Assembly: GCA_964016885.1 (NCBI GenBank) | Contig: OZ024750.1 | Span: forward strand, 54,002,001 to 54,066,000 | Length of the DNA stretch: 64,000 nt | DNA from: Eledone cirrhosa | Lineage: Eukaryota | Direction of reading: 5' to 3' | Shown: piece by piece, positions 60,380 through 64,000 of the stretch | Layout of the letters: each line of letters starts with the position of its first letter | How positions within the stretch are numbered: position 1 is the stretch's first letter | Program-made: the position numbers and the translations under genes | The notes under the pieces: model-generated | Databases searched by the model: none | Told to the model about the DNA's origin: nothing | What the model saw: the letters and a program-made list of their open reading frames with translations, nothing else

Positions 60380-63300
60380 ACCAACCATTTTTACTCAATG
60401 TCAATCCCGTACACTTTCTTCTTGATCTCTTACGTATTTCCACTCTTGTAATGTCTTCAGCCATTGTCAACAATAAAAAAGAAATTATTATTTTTGTTTC
60501 TTCACTCAGCTTCTAACACTGGAGATGTATTACAGAGTTAGCTGTTCACTTTCCTATCTTCAACATCTCTATCGAACTGGCCATACATTCTTTTTTCTGT
60601 CCATCTACTTTGTTTCATCCATATTCAAATGCTTGTACTCTGTTTTTTCTTTACAATTTCCTATTTTACACATCCTGACAGCAGTTCTGTGGAATTTTTT
60701 ACGTACCACGCCATGTTATTTTCTTCTGTTCTAATGCTGTCTTCACACCCTATCAGTCCTCTTCCTCCTCTTTTTCTTGGTACATATAATCTGTGTGTCC
60801 CTCTTTAGGTGAAATACCCCCATATTTAGTCAATATTTTTCTTGTCTTTCGGTCTAAACTGTTTAGCTCTTCCACTGTCCATGTGATCACCCTCGCCCCA
60901 TATCTAAGGAATGACACCACCCATGTATTGATAGTTTCCATCTTATTCCATCCATTCAGTTTTGACTTGAGAATAAGTCTCAGTTTGCGCATGTATTCTA
61001 CCCTAAATGTTTCTTTCATTTCCTCCTGCATTATCTTAACTTCCAGTATACCTATAACCTCCCTCTTCTATTTGCTTCATAAGCTTTCCTGATGACAGCA
61101 CCAATCTCTCAATGTTTTTAATTTTGCCTCTGTTCAATATTAACAGACCACACTTTTTTAATCTAAACTCCATTCTGATGTCAGCACTAAATGTATTACA
61201 TCTTATCAATGAGGGAACGAAGCTGGGATTCATTCTTACCGTAAAGCTTGAGGTTGTCCAAGGGGTTGATTTTTTTGCTGGCGAACTTTGAATTCATACC
61301 CAGCCTTTTCTTTTCTCGAGATTATTGTCAGTGGTATCATGCACAGTACAAACATCAGTGGTGACAGGATGTCCCTTTGGAATATACCTCTCTTGAGTTC
61401 TATTGTTCCTAAATTTCTTCCATATGCTGTCAGTTCAGTCTTCCACTCTTTCATACTTTTCCTTAAGAATCGCTCAACATTTGATGCAATACCAAATAAG
61501 TTAACACATTCCATAATCCAAGAATGCAGAATCATGTCATAGGCTTTGCGGTAATTGCTCCATACCATAGTCAAGTTAGTTTTCCTCCTCTTGCTATCCT
61601 TAAGTATTGCTTTATCTATCAAAAGCTGGTCCTTGGTACCTCTGCTCTTATGCTTGCACCCTTTCTGCTCATCTGGTAGAACTCTATTTTCTTCAAGATG
61701 CCCGTACATTCATTCTACAATTATTCCTGTCAATAATTTCTACATACGTGGTAGGCATGTTATCGGTCTGTAGTTGTCTACTCCCTTTAGTGATATCTTT
61801 TAAGCAGAAAACTGTCCTTCTCTTTGTCAGCCACTCCAGTATTACTTGGTCAGCATTTAGCAATGTTTTGAGTTGTTCAGTTATTTATTCATGACATTGA
61901 CTAAATCTTTTGATCCAGTAGTCTTGAACTCCATCTAGTCTCAGAGACTTTTAGTTGCTCATTTTCTGGCTTTCTTCATGTCCCTAGCTGAAATCACTAG
62001 TTCTGCCTGTTGTGGGCAAACTGTTGTTTGTTTAAGTTCTTCTAACCATTCAGTGTTCTTCTTGTATTCCTTCTCTTTACTCCAAATGTCGCTCTGAAAT
62101 GTCCATGTTATCCGGTATAATTACTTCATCTGTACACTCTCCATTTATTTCTCAGTAAAATCTCTGTTGGTTTACTCTGTAGTCTATTTTGATGATTTTG
62201 CTTTATACTTTATTTGTATCTAACTATCTTTGCTTTTTTTACTATGAGACGTTGCTTGAGTTCCTCCATTTCTACTTTTAGGCCTTTCCTTTCAATACCA
62301 TACTTTCTTTCCAGTGCTCTGTATTTTTCTTTTCATTTCTAAGCTCCCTCTTCTCTTTTCGGACTAAGATAGAAATGTCTTTTAAGAGGGTATCTATACT
62401 GGCCTGTATTCTCCTTTTCCACCATGCCCCCCCCCCCTATTTTTTCCGTCTCCCTTATTGTTTTTCTTTGCCTTGACATCTACACCCATATTTTCTACTA
62501 CAACAATGCTTGCTGACTTTATCAGATCATTTAAATCTGTTATATTTGTTTTGATGTAATTCAGAATATCCTTCACCTGTTTCTTGGTTCAGCTTGCATT
62601 AGTCAACCTTCTTTAGGTTACAAATAAGATTCCTATTGTCCTCCTGTAACCTTTATTCTGTCGTACATTACCCACACCTGTCATGTTTTTATTACTTTCA
62701 TTGTCTTCCATACCATCTATATTTCTCTCACCAGACAAACAATTTCTAACCTATTTCTGTAGATTACCAGAAATCTATTCTTCCTCTGCTGTAGTTTACT
62801 TTTCCTCAGTAAGACCTTCATTCTCACCATTTCTTTCATTGCTCTTTCCTGATACCCGTCTTTTGATAGCTTCAAATTCCACTTCTGTCAACCAGAGATT
62901 TTTTTCTTATTGCTATATGGAGGCACATGGCTTAGTGGTTAGAGCATTGTCCTTGCAATCGAAAGGTTGTGAGTTCAATTCTCAGACCGGGTGATGTGTT
63001 GTTTCCTTGAGCAAGACACTTTATTTCACATTGCTCCAGTTTACTCAACTGTAGAAATGAGATGATAGGACTGGGGTCCCTATCATTCCACTGCAAAGTG
63101 GTCGTGGAGGTGCCATCGCAAAAAAGCACCCAGCCCACACTGTAAGTGAGGTTGGTGTTAGGAAGGGCATCCAGCTGTAGAAATCAAGCCAGAATCAGTT
63201 CCCGTCCCACCCTTGCAAGCAGGGAAAAAGCGGACGTAAAATGATGATGATGATGATGATGCTCTGGCATGGTCACATAACTTCTGCTCTGTGAGTTGAA

Positions 63301-63560
63301 ACAAGCCTCTTCCGCTCCATTTTTTATATATTTCTTGTCAGTATCCTTTGATAGGGACCCCATTTTCATCTACTTCTACAGGATTGCTTCATGACTACAA
63401 TATTTACTTTTTTACTCCACCTCCATCATGGTTGCTTATCCATTGCTGAATAACGACTTGCTGGAGCCAGACCAGGTACTCCAAGTCTGTCAGGCACAAT
63501 ATCTTCACCTTCGAGGGGTCCACTCCCGTTAATGCCATTGTTCTCAATTTTTTTTTAATT
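60380..63560 (-). mobile_element. Degenerate R4/Dong-like LINE (RT region), interrupted by a family 2 SINE
   Basis: [55 protein letters not shown]. Confidence 0.8.
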
Positions 63561-64000
63561 TAACATAATCACTCATACGAGGAAGAAAAAATTGATTTAA
63601 CATGAGGTAGCAATTATTAGGTTGTGCAACTACCAGTATATAGTGACACCATCACTATTGTTGTTATTATTAAAACATCATCACTATCAAACTCATTATC
63701 ACCACTATTGTTATCTATATTACTAAAACAGAGAATGTCTGTCTGTCTGTCTGTCCAATCACTAAAACTTGAGAGCCACCCAATCGAGTTTTTCCAAACT
63801 TTACACATGTAATACTTATGGTCCGGTGAGTGTTTTGAGCAAAAATTTCAAATTATTAATGCCCTAGGGATCGCATTAGGCGATTTAGCGATCTCTCTCT
63901 ATAATTCTTAGTCTTTCTATTTTTAGATAGATACATAGATATTACGTTGCGCCCTTATAATATCTGTCTGTATGCCTGGCTGTCTGCATTACGAAATTAT

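Overview
AT-rich, repeat-dense animal genomic DNA; the SINE, RTE-LINE and microsatellite content points to an octopod cephalopod (inference). One protein-coding gene is visible: the 3' part of a Trio/Kalirin-family RhoGEF-kinase on the + strand, with 12 phase-consistent exons from 9563 to 52147 (SH3, Ig, FN3, Ser/Thr kinase) and a tentative last exon at 52435-52551. The rest is intronic or flanking repeat: a 4.8-kb two-state 28-bp minisatellite, RTE, Tx1/L1, R4/Dong-like and CRE-like LINE relics, two tRNA-derived SINE families, MITEs, a Helitron-like element and a small LTR element. The most unusual content is a set of hammerhead-ribozyme motifs in four distinct non-coding architectures inside the introns: a ~308-bp tandem retrozyme-like repeat, a 390-bp near-perfect palindrome, a ~2.1-kb ORF-less Penelope-like unit, and an inverted pair with a U3-A8 variant core. 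All calls were made by eye; repeat boundaries are approximate and no ribozyme activity can be shown from sequence alone.
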